From an uncultured Dehalococcoidales bacterium (GTDB lineage Bacteria > Chloroflexota > Dehalococcoidia > E44-bin15), in assembly GCA_964443325.1 (NCBI GenBank), contig CAYUCL010000004.1, positions 5,885-69,884 of the forward strand: a DNA stretch of 64,000 bases. The letters are read 5' to 3'. Positions 48,618-59,543 of this stretch are shown here, in pieces; position 1 is the first letter of the stretch; the number at the start of each line of letters is the position of its first letter. A program made the position numbers and the translations under genes. The notes under the pieces are model-generated. The model was not told the origin of the DNA. It did not search any database and saw only the letters and a program-made list of their open reading frames with translations.

Positions 48618-49513
48618 AGTTCCTTTCCTACGAGATGGCGGTAGGCTTCGCGGTACCTCTTTGTCGTCTGCTCTATGACGTCAGGGGTCGGCGTGGGTGC
48701 CGGCGGCTGCTTGTTCCAGCCCGTAGCGGCGGCCCAGTCACGCACCGGCTGTTTGTCGAAGCTTGGCTGAGAGTGCCCCGGCTCGTAGAGGCTGGCTTCC
48801 CAGAAGCGGCTTGAGTCCGGGGTCAATAGCTCATCGATAAGTATCAGCTTACCATCGATCAACCCAAACTCCATTTTGGTATCGGCGATTATGATACTCC
48901 GCTCCAGCGCATAGTCGTGGGCGTAGCGATATACAAACAGGCACTTCTCCATCAGTTCCTCGGTGCGCGTCTCACCCAGAATCCCATTCACTTCATCGAT
49001 TGTCATAGGCTCATCGTGACCGCTTTCCGCCTTTGTCGTTGGGGTGAATATCGGCTCGGGAAGCTTCTCGCTCTCTACGAGCCGTTTTGGCAGAGAGATA
49101 CCGCAAATACTACCTTTCTCTTTATACTCGGCCCATCCCGAGCCAGAGATGTAGCCCCGAACCACGCATTCGATGTCGATGCGTTCAGCCTTGCGCACGA
49201 CCATGGAGCGCCGCGCCAGGAAGGGATAGTGCTCATCCTCCTCCACCACCTCAATAAAGTGGTTGGCAACAAGGTGAGCCGTCTTTTCGAACCAGAAAGC
49301 GGATAGCATGTTTAAAACGACTCCCTTGTCGGGGATGCCGCAGGGGAGGACCACATCGAAGACGGAGATGCGGTCGGTGGCCACGATGAGCAGCCTGTCG
49401 TCTCCGATGTCGTAGCCATCCCGCACCTTCCCCCGGAAGTACCGATTGGGCAAATTGGTTTCAATGACTGGTTCCATAGCTCCCCTCTTTCTTGGCTGTA
49501 AACACCTTGCCAA
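48614..49513 (-). CDS. purC: Phosphoribosylaminoimidazole-succinocarboxamide synthase
   Basis: YRGKVRD start region and the long SAICAR-synthetase form, 299 aa. Confidence 0.85.
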   Translation of the reverse strand: MARCLQPRKRGAMEPVIETNLPNRYFRGKVRDGYDIGDDRLLIVATDRISVFDVVLPCGIPDKGVVLNMLSAFWFEKTAHLVANHFIEVVEEDEHYPFLARRSMVVRKAERIDIECVVRGYISGSGWAEYKEKGSICGISLPKRLVESEKLPEPIFTPTTKAESGHDEPMTIDEVNGILGETRTEELMEKCLFVYRYAHDYALERSIIIADTKMEFGLIDGKLILIDELLTPDSSRFWEASLYEPGHSQPSFDKQPVRDWAAATGWNKQPPAPTPTPDVIEQTTKRYREAYRHLVGKEL

Positions 49514-49522
49514 AGTGACCAG

Positions 49523-50053
49523 CTAGTCTTGCCCTACCCCAGGCTCAGGCGGGCGAAGATCGCGTCGACATGGCGTGGAGGCTAGCCTAGCTTTTACCCC
49601 TGCCTCACCCACCATTTTTTTACGCCTCACAAAGAGCCTGAGCCCCTCCAGCCCCACCACTAACACCTCCTCGTCAGCGTTTAAAGCATAGTTGTTGGTC
49701 GATGATGCCTTCCAAAGCTCTCCACGGACTTTAATGAGACCCTCCGGGGTCAGGGGTGTCACCACCCTCCCCTCGAGGTCGATCATGCCCTCGGCGCCGG
49801 TTACTTGCTTCTGCTTCAGCACCGGGGGAATGAGTCTGTATAATATCACAGAAAGCACCACCAGCCCAACTACCAGGATGATTAGAGCCCATAGCGGCAG
49901 GCTTAGCCCCAACCTCCATAGGATGAGAAGTATAATCAGCACTATGGCTACATCGTCCAGAAGCAGAGCAAAAACAGCGAGTAGAGTCCTCATTGCTTCC
50001 TTCGTTCCTATAAGCCTATCCCAGCCCCAATGTTTCGAAGACAGCATCGACAT
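49523..50053 (-). CDS. NfeD-like short membrane protein (C-terminal OB-fold)
   Basis: Two or three TM helices followed by an OB-like segment (VTPLTPEGLIKVRGELWKA). Confidence 0.5.
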   Translation of the reverse strand: MSMLSSKHWGWDRLIGTKEAMRTLLAVFALLLDDVAIVLIILLILWRLGLSLPLWALIILVVGLVVLSVILYRLIPPVLKQKQVTGAEGMIDLEGRVVTPLTPEGLIKVRGELWKASSTNNYALNADEEVLVVGLEGLRLFVRRKKMVGEAGVKARLASTPCRRDLRPPEPGVGQD

Positions 50054-50234
50054 GGCGCAGGAAATATCAACGCTTTCCCCCCTTCAGTTGTGCGGCTCGC
50101 ATTTTCTCCACGATTTCTATCTTCTTAGCGAAGGGTAGATTCCTCAACTGCTTCCTCCTCGCCTGACGCTCTTCACTGAAGACTTTCCAAAATTCTTCCG
50201 AGTCTGTTATCGAGAGGAGTTTTTTCATCGCTCA

Positions 50235-50348
50235 CTCCTGTCATTGCGAGCGAAGCGAAGCAATCTCACCCCTCTTACCCTTAAAAAGATTGCTTCGTCG
50301 AGTTCCCTCACTTCGTTCGGGACAAGCCTCGCAATGATAAGCGTAACA
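50235..50348. repeat. Nested palindromic element (CATTGCGAG / CGAAGCAATC arms)
   Basis: GTCATTGCGAGCGAAGCGAAGCAATCT … AGATTGCTTCGTCGAG … CTCGCAATGA forms a long imperfect hairpin. A related copy lies at 31817–31895. Confidence 0.6.
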
Positions 50349-50486
50349 ATCCCAAACCCCTACCACTGCGAAGCATATTCCAACAAGCCTCGCTTCTCTG
50401 CATTCTCCCCTACACCAGCCCCAACCGCTCGAAGACCGCATCCACGTGGCGTAGGTAGCTGTCAAAGTTGAAAGGCCTCTGCGGGT

Positions 50487-51191
50487 TCACTTTTGCCATG
50501 CCAAGAACAACATGGGGCCACTAAAGAAAAACAGCCTGTAGCCAATGGTTTTCCAGAAAGGGAGTCCTGCTATCTCAGGAAACCAGAACCTGATTTTGCA
50601 CCGGAACCCATTTTGGCTAAGGGTTCGCCGCAGCGAAAAGGGGCTCTGTTCATTAACATGCATGGTACGAAGGTAATACGCCAAGTCGGGGCTGAGTAGC
50701 GTCAGCAACTGTGGCTGAAAAACGAGCCTGTCCCACCATCGGATGAGTCGGCGTAGCCTATTCGGGGTCTCGATAAGGAGAATGCCTCCCGTCTTCAAGA
50801 CTCGGCTTATCTCCATCAGGCAAGCGTTGAAATCGTGTTGGTCAAGGTGCTCAACCACATCGATGAGAGCCACCTTATCGAAGGTTGCGTCTGTGAAGGG
50901 GAGGTAGGTAGCGTTGGCAGCGATGGTAGCTCCGCTGTCTCTCGAGAGCTTTATTGCCGCAGGGGAGTAGTCTATACCTACCGCATAAGCTCCCAGTCGC
51001 TCACTTTCCCTGACTAGCTCGCCCCGTCCACAGCCAATATCGAGAACCCTCTCTCCAGGCTTCACATTTAGATACTTGAGCACTATCCGGTGCCGTGGCG
51101 AGAGCTCCCCCATCTGGAATTCACGGAAGCCTTCGCAGGCGTTTAGGTAATATTCGCGAGTATATTCCTCAGGGAGTGGCGTTTTCCTCAT
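50487..51191 (-). CDS. Class I SAM-dependent methyltransferase
   Basis: VLDIGCGRGEL motif. Translationally coupled to the upstream purB (4-nt overlap). Confidence 0.7.
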   Translation of the reverse strand: MRKTPLPEEYTREYYLNACEGFREFQMGELSPRHRIVLKYLNVKPGERVLDIGCGRGELVRESERLGAYAVGIDYSPAAIKLSRDSGATIAANATYLPFTDATFDKVALIDVVEHLDQHDFNACLMEISRVLKTGGILLIETPNRLRRLIRWWDRLVFQPQLLTLLSPDLAYYLRTMHVNEQSPFSLRRTLSQNGFRCKIRFWFPEIAGLPFWKTIGYRLFFFSGPMLFLAWQK

Positions 51192-52480
51192 ACCAGCCCT
51201 AGCCGCTCAAAGATTGCATCGACATGGCGGATGAAGTAGGCGTAATCGAAAATGTCCTCCAGTTCGGCCTTTGACAGGTGCTTGCCGACTTCGGCATCGC
51301 CTATTAGAAGGTCAAGGAAGCTCGCCCTATCTTTCCACGCCTGCATCGCATTGCGCTGCACTATCCTGTAAGCCTCCTCCCGGCTGAGGCCCTTCTCAAT
51401 CAGCGCCAGCATCACCCGCTGGGAAAAGACAAGCCCCTTAGTCAACTCAAGGTTCTCCCTCATGCGTTCGGGGTAGACCTGGAGTCCCTTCATAATGTAG
51501 GTAAAGATGTACATGACATAGTCAAGCACCAGGCAGGAATCGGGGAGGATGATACGCTCGGTGGAAGAGTGGCTGATGTCCCGTTCATGCCACAGAGCGA
51601 TATTCTCCATCGATGTCAGGGCATGTCCCCTAACCAGCCTTGCCAGGCCGCAGACTCGCTCGCAAAGCTCAGGGTTTCGCTTATGCGGCATCGCCGAAGA
51701 GCCCGTCTGCCCCGCTTCGAAGGGCTCTTCAGCCTCCAGAATCTCTGTTTGCTGCAAGCCCCTGATCTCCAAGGCGAACTTCTCCAGCGAGCTGGCGATG
51801 ATGGCTAATGTTGTTACAAACTGGGCATGGCGGTCGCGCTGTATAATCTGAGTGGAAACCAGCGCTGGCTCAAGCCCCAGCTTGGAACAGGCGATCCTCT
51901 CCACATCGGGGCTCAGGGTAGCATAGGTGCCCACCACGCCTGAGATTTTTCCTACAGAGATCGCCTTCCTGGCCTCTTCTAGCCTGTGTGCGTTCCTCTT
52001 CATCTCCTCCACCCACAGAGCAAGCTTCAAACCGAAGGTGATAGGCTCAGCATGTACGCCGTGGGTGCGACCTATCATGATGGTCTTCTTGTGCTCTATC
52101 GCCTTCTCCTTCAACACCTCGATAAGCTCGGCTATGGCTCGAGTGAGTATGTCGCACGCCTCACGCAACTGCAGATTGAGGGCTGTGTCCCAGACATCGT
52201 TGGTGGTGAGCCCCAAGTGAATGAAGCGGCTCTCCTCCCCCAGGCTCTCCGCCACCGAACCGAGGAAGGCAGTCATATCGTGGTGGGTTTTCTTGAGAAT
52301 CTCGCCGAAGCGCCCGAGGTCGAAGCGTGCCTTTCGGATCTGGGGGATCGCCTCCCTGGGAATGGCTCCCAGCTCAGCCCAGGCTTCGCAAACTGCGATC
52401 TCAACCTGGAGCCACTTGTCGAACTTCGTTTCATCGGACCAGACTTTTTTCATCTCTGGCCTTGAGTATCTCTCGATCAT
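51188..52480 (-). CDS. purB: Adenylosuccinate lyase
   Basis: Fumarase/ASL family with a signature serine loop region (GSSAMPHKRNP). 430 aa. Confidence 0.9.
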   Translation of the reverse strand: MIERYSRPEMKKVWSDETKFDKWLQVEIAVCEAWAELGAIPREAIPQIRKARFDLGRFGEILKKTHHDMTAFLGSVAESLGEESRFIHLGLTTNDVWDTALNLQLREACDILTRAIAELIEVLKEKAIEHKKTIMIGRTHGVHAEPITFGLKLALWVEEMKRNAHRLEEARKAISVGKISGVVGTYATLSPDVERIACSKLGLEPALVSTQIIQRDRHAQFVTTLAIIASSLEKFALEIRGLQQTEILEAEEPFEAGQTGSSAMPHKRNPELCERVCGLARLVRGHALTSMENIALWHERDISHSSTERIILPDSCLVLDYVMYIFTYIMKGLQVYPERMRENLELTKGLVFSQRVMLALIEKGLSREEAYRIVQRNAMQAWKDRASFLDLLIGDAEVGKHLSKAELEDIFDYAYFIRHVDAIFERLGLV

Positions 52481-52582
52481 CTTCTCAACCTTTTTTGAGT
52501 TTTAAACCGGATTCAATGTTGGGCTTTGTTGTCCTGCATTAGTATATCATGTCCACCGTCGACGCTAAAGGCTCGATGAGAC

Positions 52583-53944
52583 CTAGAGTGTAGCCTTTCT
52601 GACCAGCTTTGGCTTACGGGCAAGAAGAAGCGCCGAAATCGACACAATATATGCACCAAGGAAGACGACTAGACCAACAAAGTAGCTTCCCGAAACATCA
52701 TAGATAGCTCCCATTATGATTGGTCCCAGAGCGGAGCCTACAGCAGCGGCGGCTAGAACCCAGCCGAAGATAGTGCCAAAGGATGCCATCCCGAAGAACT
52801 GTCCGGTAACGAGAGGCTCTAAAGTAAGCCATCCTCCCATGGCGAACCCGTAGACGAAGACAAAGACCCAGACCATAGCCGTCGTATGAGTCATCATGAG
52901 GATAACAAGTCCGACAATTTGCAGGGCAATGCAGAGAATACTGGCATACTTTGGGGTAAATCTGTCCGCTACAAAACCAAAGACTACTTTGCCTACGCCA
53001 CCTATCCCTCCGGTCAAACCCAGAGCGAACGAAGCAGTCGCCAACGGAACTTCCATGTCTTTCAGAATGTTGACCTCATGCTGGAGCACGCCAGCTACCA
53101 CCGAGCCAGCACAAAAAAAGGTAGCCAGCACCAACCAGAATGGAAGGCTGCGGAATGCCATGGAGAGTGTCCAGCTCTCCTCATTGGCGCTGGTAGTTCG
53201 GTTTGGATTGGAAGGAGCAGGCACACCAGCCGTTGCAGGCACCGTCTCACCTTCTCCAGGCTTGGCACCATAAGGCAATAGTCCCAATTCCTTTGGCCTG
53301 TTCCTCATGACAAACATGACTGGGATGATGATTAGAACCGCAGTAAGCACTCCCAGAATTACAAATGCCATCCGCCATCCAGTGTATACTATTAAATAAT
53401 GGGCCAAAGGGGCAATAACTATGGCTCCCAGGGATACCCCTGCCATAGTAATACCCATAGCTATGCCTCTTCTTCTGTCGAACCAGTTGGAGATGGCAAC
53501 GCCCACTGGTACAAACCCTGCCCCACTCATCCCTATCCCCACAATGAAGTAGAAGACATACAAATGCCAGACGGCATTAGCCACGCCGAGGAGCATTAAC
53601 CCAGCGGCACCAATCGCGGCGCCTATAAGTATCAGCTTCTTGGGCCCGTATTTATCCGTCAATTTGCCCGCTATCGGTCCAGTCAGTCCCACCATCAACA
53701 TATAGAGCGAACCTGCTCCTGCGATAACCGTTGCGCCAGATTTGAACTCATCGAGCAGCGTAGGCAAGAATCTACTGAATGCGTAGAAGGCAGCCCCTGC
53801 ATGAAACATGGTAACGAGTATGCATACCACGACAATCCACCAGCCATAGAAGATTCTTCCCTTTCCCAGTGATTGCGTCATAACCTCTCCTTTATTGCCA
53901 AATACTTCCTGCCGTCCTTGGCAGAGTATAGCCTGCCACACCAC
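52583..53944 (-). CDS. MFS transporter (oxalate/formate antiporter-like), paralog A
   Basis: 12 TM helices. The MFS motif DRRRG is present. Confidence 0.75.
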   Translation of the reverse strand: MVWQAILCQGRQEVFGNKGEVMTQSLGKGRIFYGWWIVVVCILVTMFHAGAAFYAFSRFLPTLLDEFKSGATVIAGAGSLYMLMVGLTGPIAGKLTDKYGPKKLILIGAAIGAAGLMLLGVANAVWHLYVFYFIVGIGMSGAGFVPVGVAISNWFDRRRGIAMGITMAGVSLGAIVIAPLAHYLIVYTGWRMAFVILGVLTAVLIIIPVMFVMRNRPKELGLLPYGAKPGEGETVPATAGVPAPSNPNRTTSANEESWTLSMAFRSLPFWLVLATFFCAGSVVAGVLQHEVNILKDMEVPLATASFALGLTGGIGGVGKVVFGFVADRFTPKYASILCIALQIVGLVILMMTHTTAMVWVFVFVYGFAMGGWLTLEPLVTGQFFGMASFGTIFGWVLAAAAVGSALGPIIMGAIYDVSGSYFVGLVVFLGAYIVSISALLLARKPKLVRKATL

Positions 53945-53972
53945 AATGAAGGTACCAAAGGCTTCTTGAAGG

Positions 53973-55265
53973 CTAGGTCGTGGAATCCCCAGTTGCTAGT
54001 TTCGGTTTTCTGGCGAAAAGGAGAGCGGCAAACGCCACAGCATACGCCACAATGAAGATGATAAGACCCAGTGTGTAGCTCCCTGAAGCATCATATATTA
54101 GCCCCATCAGAACCGGACCCAAGGCCGAGCCGATCGCCCCACCAAGTAGCACCCAACCAAAGATGGCACCGAAAGAGCGTACACCAAAGAATTGCCCGGT
54201 AATAAGAGGCTGTACAGCGATATTCCCTCCCATGGCAAACCCGAAGACGAATACGAAGACCCAGACCATAGCCGTGGTATGGGTAAACATAAGAATGACT
54301 ACCCCGATTAGTTGCAAGGCGATACAGACGATAGCCGTATATTTGGGTGACATTTTGTCTGCTATGAAGCCGAAACCTATCTTGCCCCCGCCACCTATAA
54401 ATCCAGTCAAACCCAAAGCGAACGAAGCAGTCGCCAATGATACTTCCATGTCTTTCAGAATGTTGACCTCGTGCTGGAGCACACCTGCTACCCCAGCGCC
54501 AGCGAAGAAGAAAGTTACCAGCACCAACCAGAACGGTAAGGTCTTCATGGCCCTGCCCATGGACCAGTCTGCCTCGATACTACCCCTCGTTTCTTTTACC
54601 TGAGACGAGCTCACCTGCTCTGATGATGCCTCATCACCTGTGGCCCTTGCGCCATCGGGCAATAGGCCAATATCCTCAGGCCTCTTCTTCAGCACTAGCA
54701 GCGCCAATGGGATGAGCAATACTGCGGTGAGCACCCCGAGGACCATGTATGCCATATGCCAGCCGATTTCCTCGATAAGATAATTAGCAAGTGGGGCCAT
54801 GACTATTGCTCCTACGGATATCCCAGCCAGGGTGATTCCCATAGCTAGCCCCCGCCTCCTGTCGAACCAGTTAGCAATGGTGACACTTACCGGTGCAATC
54901 CCAGCCCCACTGAACCCTATCCCCAGCACAAAGTAGAGGACATATAGCTGCCACAGCGCACTGGTCAGGCTCAGCAGCATGAGCCCAGCGGCAGCGACCA
55001 CAGCCCCCGAGACTATCACCTTCTTAGGGCCATATTTATCGGTCAGTTTGCCCACTATCGGACCAGTAAGCCCCATCACGAGCAAATAGATCGATACTGC
55101 CGCGGAGATTGCCGCTGTGCTGGATCCCAACGCGTCTATGAGGGTAGGCATAAACCTCCCGAAGGCATAGAATGCAACTCCCGCGTGAAACATGAGTACA
55201 ATTATGCCTACCGCGACAATCCACCAGCCATAAAAGATCCTTCCCCTTCTCGGTGCCTGCTCCAT
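53973..55265 (-). CDS. MFS transporter, paralog B (tandem duplicate)
   Basis: Highly similar to paralog A along the whole length. Confidence 0.75.
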   Translation of the reverse strand: MEQAPRRGRIFYGWWIVAVGIIVLMFHAGVAFYAFGRFMPTLIDALGSSTAAISAAVSIYLLVMGLTGPIVGKLTDKYGPKKVIVSGAVVAAAGLMLLSLTSALWQLYVLYFVLGIGFSGAGIAPVSVTIANWFDRRRGLAMGITLAGISVGAIVMAPLANYLIEEIGWHMAYMVLGVLTAVLLIPLALLVLKKRPEDIGLLPDGARATGDEASSEQVSSSQVKETRGSIEADWSMGRAMKTLPFWLVLVTFFFAGAGVAGVLQHEVNILKDMEVSLATASFALGLTGFIGGGGKIGFGFIADKMSPKYTAIVCIALQLIGVVILMFTHTTAMVWVFVFVFGFAMGGNIAVQPLITGQFFGVRSFGAIFGWVLLGGAIGSALGPVLMGLIYDASGSYTLGLIIFIVAYAVAFAALLFARKPKLATGDSTT

Positions 55266-55445
55266 ATCCTCTCCTCTAATTCGAAAATAGATTCTCCTAC
55301 TTCACCTTGGGTGGATTGGTCGCCTTATACTACCGATCACACCTAGAGCACCCCGATATAATCGGGTTAGGCTACCCTCTGTTCTTATGGTTTGTCAGCG
55401 GGCAACTGCCCATTGAGAGTTTACTATGAGGTACTTCCACGCCAT

Positions 55446-55898
55446 CTACTGATTCGTTAAACGTTGCCGATACCCTTCATATGCCTGTCTAATATCCTCG
55501 TGTTTGAGGCCGAGGATCGCAGCAGCAAGGAGTGCGGCGTTTTTGGCACCGTCGATGGCGACGCAGGCTACTGGCACACCAGCGGGCATCTGAACCACGG
55601 AATAGATGGCATCTACTCCCTTGAGTTCGCTCGTTGCAAGAGGAACGCCGATCACCGGAAGGGGGGTCCAGCTAGCGATAACACCAGGCAGGTGTGCTGC
55701 CCATCCAGCTCCAGCGATAATAACCTCAAATCCCTTTTCTCGAGCATTTTGCCCATATTCCCTGGCCTTCTCCGGCGTTCGATGTGCCGAAATGATGGAT
55801 ACCTCATACTCAATCCCCAGCTCACCGAGCATATCCAGCGCTGGTTGCATCAACGGCTCATCCGATTTGCTTCCCATGACTACTCCAACGAGTGCCAT
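55446..55898 (-). CDS. purE: N5-carboxyaminoimidazole ribonucleotide mutase
   Basis: VGVVMGSKSD..., SAHRTPE motifs. Confidence 0.9.
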   Translation of the reverse strand: MALVGVVMGSKSDEPLMQPALDMLGELGIEYEVSIISAHRTPEKAREYGQNAREKGFEVIIAGAGWAAHLPGVIASWTPLPVIGVPLATSELKGVDAIYSVVQMPAGVPVACVAIDGAKNAALLAAAILGLKHEDIRQAYEGYRQRLTNQ

Positions 55899-55901
55899 TT
55901 C

Positions 55902-57164
55902 TTAACCAACCTCCCTTTGGGCGATGTCTTTCCTATAATGGCAACCTTGAAAACGAATGCGAGGCAGATTGCCATAGACCTTTTCCTTCGCCTCAACAAT
56001 GCTTTTACCTCTAGCGGTAACTGTGAGTACCCTTCCCCCATCGGTATAAATCACGCCTCCCTCTGCCCTCGTCCCAGCATGGAAGACCAGGATGTCTTTA
56101 TCAACCATGTCCAGGCCAGTGATGGGGAAACCTGTTTTATAGCTGCCGGGATAGCCTCCTGAAGCCACAACCACACCAACACAGGCTTCATCGCTCCACT
56201 CAACCTTGATCTCATCCAGCCTGCCTTCGATGACTGCTAGCATGATTTCCACCAGGTCGCTTTCGAGGCGGGGCATCATCACCTGATTCTCAGGATCACC
56301 AAAACGAGCGTTAAATTCTAAAGCCTTGGGACCATCATCAGTGACCATCAATCCGGCATAGAGAACACCTTTATAAGGCTTCCCCTCTTTCGCCATCGCC
56401 CGCACTGCAGGTTCAAGGATGGTCTCCTTTACCATATTCATCATCTCTGTATCGAAGAAATTTGGAGGGCTGTAAGCCCCCATACCGCCGGTATTCGGGC
56501 CTTGGTCTCCATCGAACACCCTCTTGTAATCGCAGGCAGGCACCATAGGAACGACTGCCTTGCCATCGGTGAGGGCGAGAAGGCTTACCTCCTTCCCCTC
56601 GAGGCACTCCTCCACCAGCACCTGATCGCCAGCGCTACCCAAGATGCGATCCTGCATAATGGCGGACAATGCATTTAGCGCATCATCGATAGAGTAGGCT
56701 ACAATGGCCCCTTTGCCTGCCGCTAACCCATCAGCCTTGACCACGATAGGGGGCTTTTGCGAGCTAGTATAGTCCTTCGCCTCACGATAGGACGAAAAAA
56801 TCCTGCTCTTGGCGCAGGGGATGCCATATTTCTGCATCAATTCCTTGGCGAAGACCTTGCTTGACTCTATCTTCGTAGCTTCTCTATCGGGGCCAAAGAT
56901 GGGGATATCACGACCTTGAAAGAGGTCCACAATGCCTGCTGCTAGCGGTACTTCGGGGCCAACAACCGCTAGCCCGATCTTTTTCTCTTTTGCGACGTGG
57001 GTCAGAGCATGGATATCTGTAGCTTGAATACCAAGGTTTTCTGCTATAAGCCCAGTGCCTGCATTTCCTGGAGCAACATACAGCTTGGTGACCCTAGGGC
57101 TCTGACTGAGCTTCCACACCAAGCTGTGTTCTCTTGCTCCGCTGCCAATGACAAGGATCTTCAT
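55902..57164 (-). CDS. purD: Phosphoribosylamine—glycine ligase
   Basis: ATP-grasp fold, MKILVIGSGAREH start. Confidence 0.9.
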   Translation of the reverse strand: MKILVIGSGAREHSLVWKLSQSPRVTKLYVAPGNAGTGLIAENLGIQATDIHALTHVAKEKKIGLAVVGPEVPLAAGIVDLFQGRDIPIFGPDREATKIESSKVFAKELMQKYGIPCAKSRIFSSYREAKDYTSSQKPPIVVKADGLAAGKGAIVAYSIDDALNALSAIMQDRILGSAGDQVLVEECLEGKEVSLLALTDGKAVVPMVPACDYKRVFDGDQGPNTGGMGAYSPPNFFDTEMMNMVKETILEPAVRAMAKEGKPYKGVLYAGLMVTDDGPKALEFNARFGDPENQVMMPRLESDLVEIMLAVIEGRLDEIKVEWSDEACVGVVVASGGYPGSYKTGFPITGLDMVDKDILVFHAGTRAEGGVIYTDGGRVLTVTARGKSIVEAKEKVYGNLPRIRFQGCHYRKDIAQREVG

Positions 57165-57180
57165 TCAATTCCTGTTTAAG

Positions 57181-57441
57181 CTATAGCCCCTCTCTCTTAA
57201 ACATTTCGGCCTGGATGGGATCCAGCTTCTGAATGAGTTTGGTTAGCTCGGCAACATGCTCTTTTTCATCATCGCGGATATGCTCTAGAACCTTTATCGA
57301 CTCTTCGTCATCCATGCTGTCGATATGCTCCTGATACTGATTAATGGCCTGAAGCTCCCCGACAAGGTCTTCCCGCAACATCTCCAGAACTATGTCTGTG
57401 TCTTCATCATCTTCATAGTCAGACTCGTATGTCATATGCAA
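57181..57441 (-). CDS. Small acidic protein with two ExxH motifs (ferritin-like half-domain?)
   Basis: 86 aa, with ELQAINQYQEH and DDEKEHVAEL pairs. Confidence 0.35.
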   Translation of the reverse strand: MHMTYESDYEDDEDTDIVLEMLREDLVGELQAINQYQEHIDSMDDEESIKVLEHIRDDEKEHVAELTKLIQKLDPIQAEMFKREGL

Positions 57442-57457
57442 CCTCCTTCAGCTTATT

Positions 57458-59128
57458 TCATTCCCACTCTATTGTTGACGGCGGCTTTGATGAGATATCA
57501 TAAACCACCCGGTTCACTCCATGTACCTCATTGACGATGCGATTGGCGATGCGAGCCAACAGGTCATAGGGCAGACGGGCCCAGTCTGCAGTCATAGCAT
57601 CCTCAGAGGTTACTGCACGGAGGGCAATAAGGTAACCATAAGTTCGATAATCCCCCATCACCCCAACGCTCTTGGTGTCAGTCAAGATAGCGAAGCTCTG
57701 CCAAAGATCGCGGTAGAGCTTAGCTTGTTTTATCTCATTCATCACAATCCAGTCGGCAGCCCGCAATATATCCAGCTTCTCCTTGGTCACCTCGCCGATG
57801 ATACGTATAGCAAGGCCGGGGCCAGGGAAAGGTTGGCGCAGTACCATCTCCTCTGGCATGCCCAAGGCGAGCCCGACCTCCCTCACCTCGTCTTTGAATA
57901 GATACCTAAGCGGCTCGATCAAGTTGAAGGTCATACTTGTGGGTAGCCCACCTACGTTGTGATGGGTCTTAATCTTTGCAGAGGCCATACTTTCTGGAGC
58001 AGTGCTCTCAATAACATCGGGGTAAAGGGTGCCTTGAGCAAGGAAACCTACCTTCCCCATCTTCGCAGCCTGTTCCTCGAAGACAGCTATGAATTCCTCG
58101 CCTATCAGGCGGCGCTTCATCTCAGGATCGGTAACCCCATTAAGACGCCCTAAGAACCTATCGGTGGCATCAATATAGTCAATATTCATCCTCAGATTTC
58201 GCCGAAAGGTATTGATGGTTCGCTCGGCCTCGTCACGGCGAAGGAGGCCGTTGTTAACAAAGATGCAGGTTAGCCGATCGCCAATGGCGCGGTGAACCAG
58301 CGCGGCTGTAACTGCGGAATCAACGCCACCAGAGAGAGCACAGATAACCCTTCCCTCCCCCACCTGCTTCCTGATACGCTCTATGCTTTCAGCGATAAAG
58401 CTGCCCAATGTCCAGTTACCGCTACAACCGCAGATACGATGAAGAAAGTTCGCTAGGATATTTTTCCCCTGAGGGGTATGTGACACCTCAGGGTGAAACT
58501 GCAGTCCGATAAGCCCATGCTTATTGCCCATAACCGCAATAGGTGAGTTTTCAGTATAACCAAGAGAGGTGAAGTCAGGCGGCAACTCCACTATCTGGTC
58601 TCCATGGCTCATCCAAACTGGCATGGAAGCAGGCAAATCGGCGAAAATGGGCGACTCTACATCCCCCTGATGGAGGATGGCATGACCATACTCGCGCCTC
58701 GTCCCTAGGGCAACCCTCCCGCCAAGCTGATGGGCGAGCACCTGCATCCCGTAGCAGATTCCCAATATCGGGAGATGGGTTTCATAGATATATGCTGGAG
58801 CCAGAGGCGCCCCCGGCTCATACACACTGCCCGGCCCTCCGGAGAAGATGAATCCCCTGGGTTTAAGGGATGCAATCTTTTGCCAAGGGGCATCATAGGG
58901 CAATACCTCACTATAGACATGACACTCCCGCACCCTTCTGGCGATGAGCATGTTATATTGGGAGCCGAAGTCGATGACCAACACCGTCTCGCGATCAGCC
59001 TCAGGTGCCTCAGCAGGAATTGGCTGCTCACCCGCTTTTTGCTTGGCGATCTCTAAATAGGTAGAGACCTCCAAGTCGTCGCTGGTAGTGATTCGAAGAC
59101 TCGTATTCTCTTGACTTTCCGCCGTCAT
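57458..59128 (-). CDS. guaA: GMP synthase (glutamine-hydrolysing)
   Basis: GATase1 domain (catalytic triad Cys in GICYGMQ), ATP-PPase SGGVDS motif and a C-terminal dimerisation domain. Confidence 0.9.
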   Translation of the reverse strand: MTAESQENTSLRITTSDDLEVSTYLEIAKQKAGEQPIPAEAPEADRETVLVIDFGSQYNMLIARRVRECHVYSEVLPYDAPWQKIASLKPRGFIFSGGPGSVYEPGAPLAPAYIYETHLPILGICYGMQVLAHQLGGRVALGTRREYGHAILHQGDVESPIFADLPASMPVWMSHGDQIVELPPDFTSLGYTENSPIAVMGNKHGLIGLQFHPEVSHTPQGKNILANFLHRICGCSGNWTLGSFIAESIERIRKQVGEGRVICALSGGVDSAVTAALVHRAIGDRLTCIFVNNGLLRRDEAERTINTFRRNLRMNIDYIDATDRFLGRLNGVTDPEMKRRLIGEEFIAVFEEQAAKMGKVGFLAQGTLYPDVIESTAPESMASAKIKTHHNVGGLPTSMTFNLIEPLRYLFKDEVREVGLALGMPEEMVLRQPFPGPGLAIRIIGEVTKEKLDILRAADWIVMNEIKQAKLYRDLWQSFAILTDTKSVGVMGDYRTYGYLIALRAVTSEDAMTADWARLPYDLLARIANRIVNEVHGVNRVVYDISSKPPSTIEWE

Positions 59129-59543
59129 CTCAAGGTCAACCTTACTACATAATAAGCCATGTAAGTATCATATTGGTGATACCCTTACTCAAAATCAGAA
59201 ACCCCTCACCCCTAATCCACTCCACGGATAGCACATACATCTTCTCAACTGGCCTGGGATGAAGTCCTAGCTTGTATCTCAGCATACTATCGTATGTAAG
59301 GATATGTTAAGAAGTTTATCAGCAAGATGTCGACAAACCAGCTACCACACGTAGCAGCTCTAAACTTGAATTATAGCCCATATTTGAGTTGGGGGTCAAT
59401 GGCTTAGCGGAGCGCACCTTCGTTGACAGGTCAAATCACCTGTGATAACATGCTTGGCTGCCACCAATAGAACGGGGGTATAGCAGCTGACAAGAACAAA
59501 GCTCATCGGCCTCATATTAGGGCTCGCGATATTTGCTCTGTTC

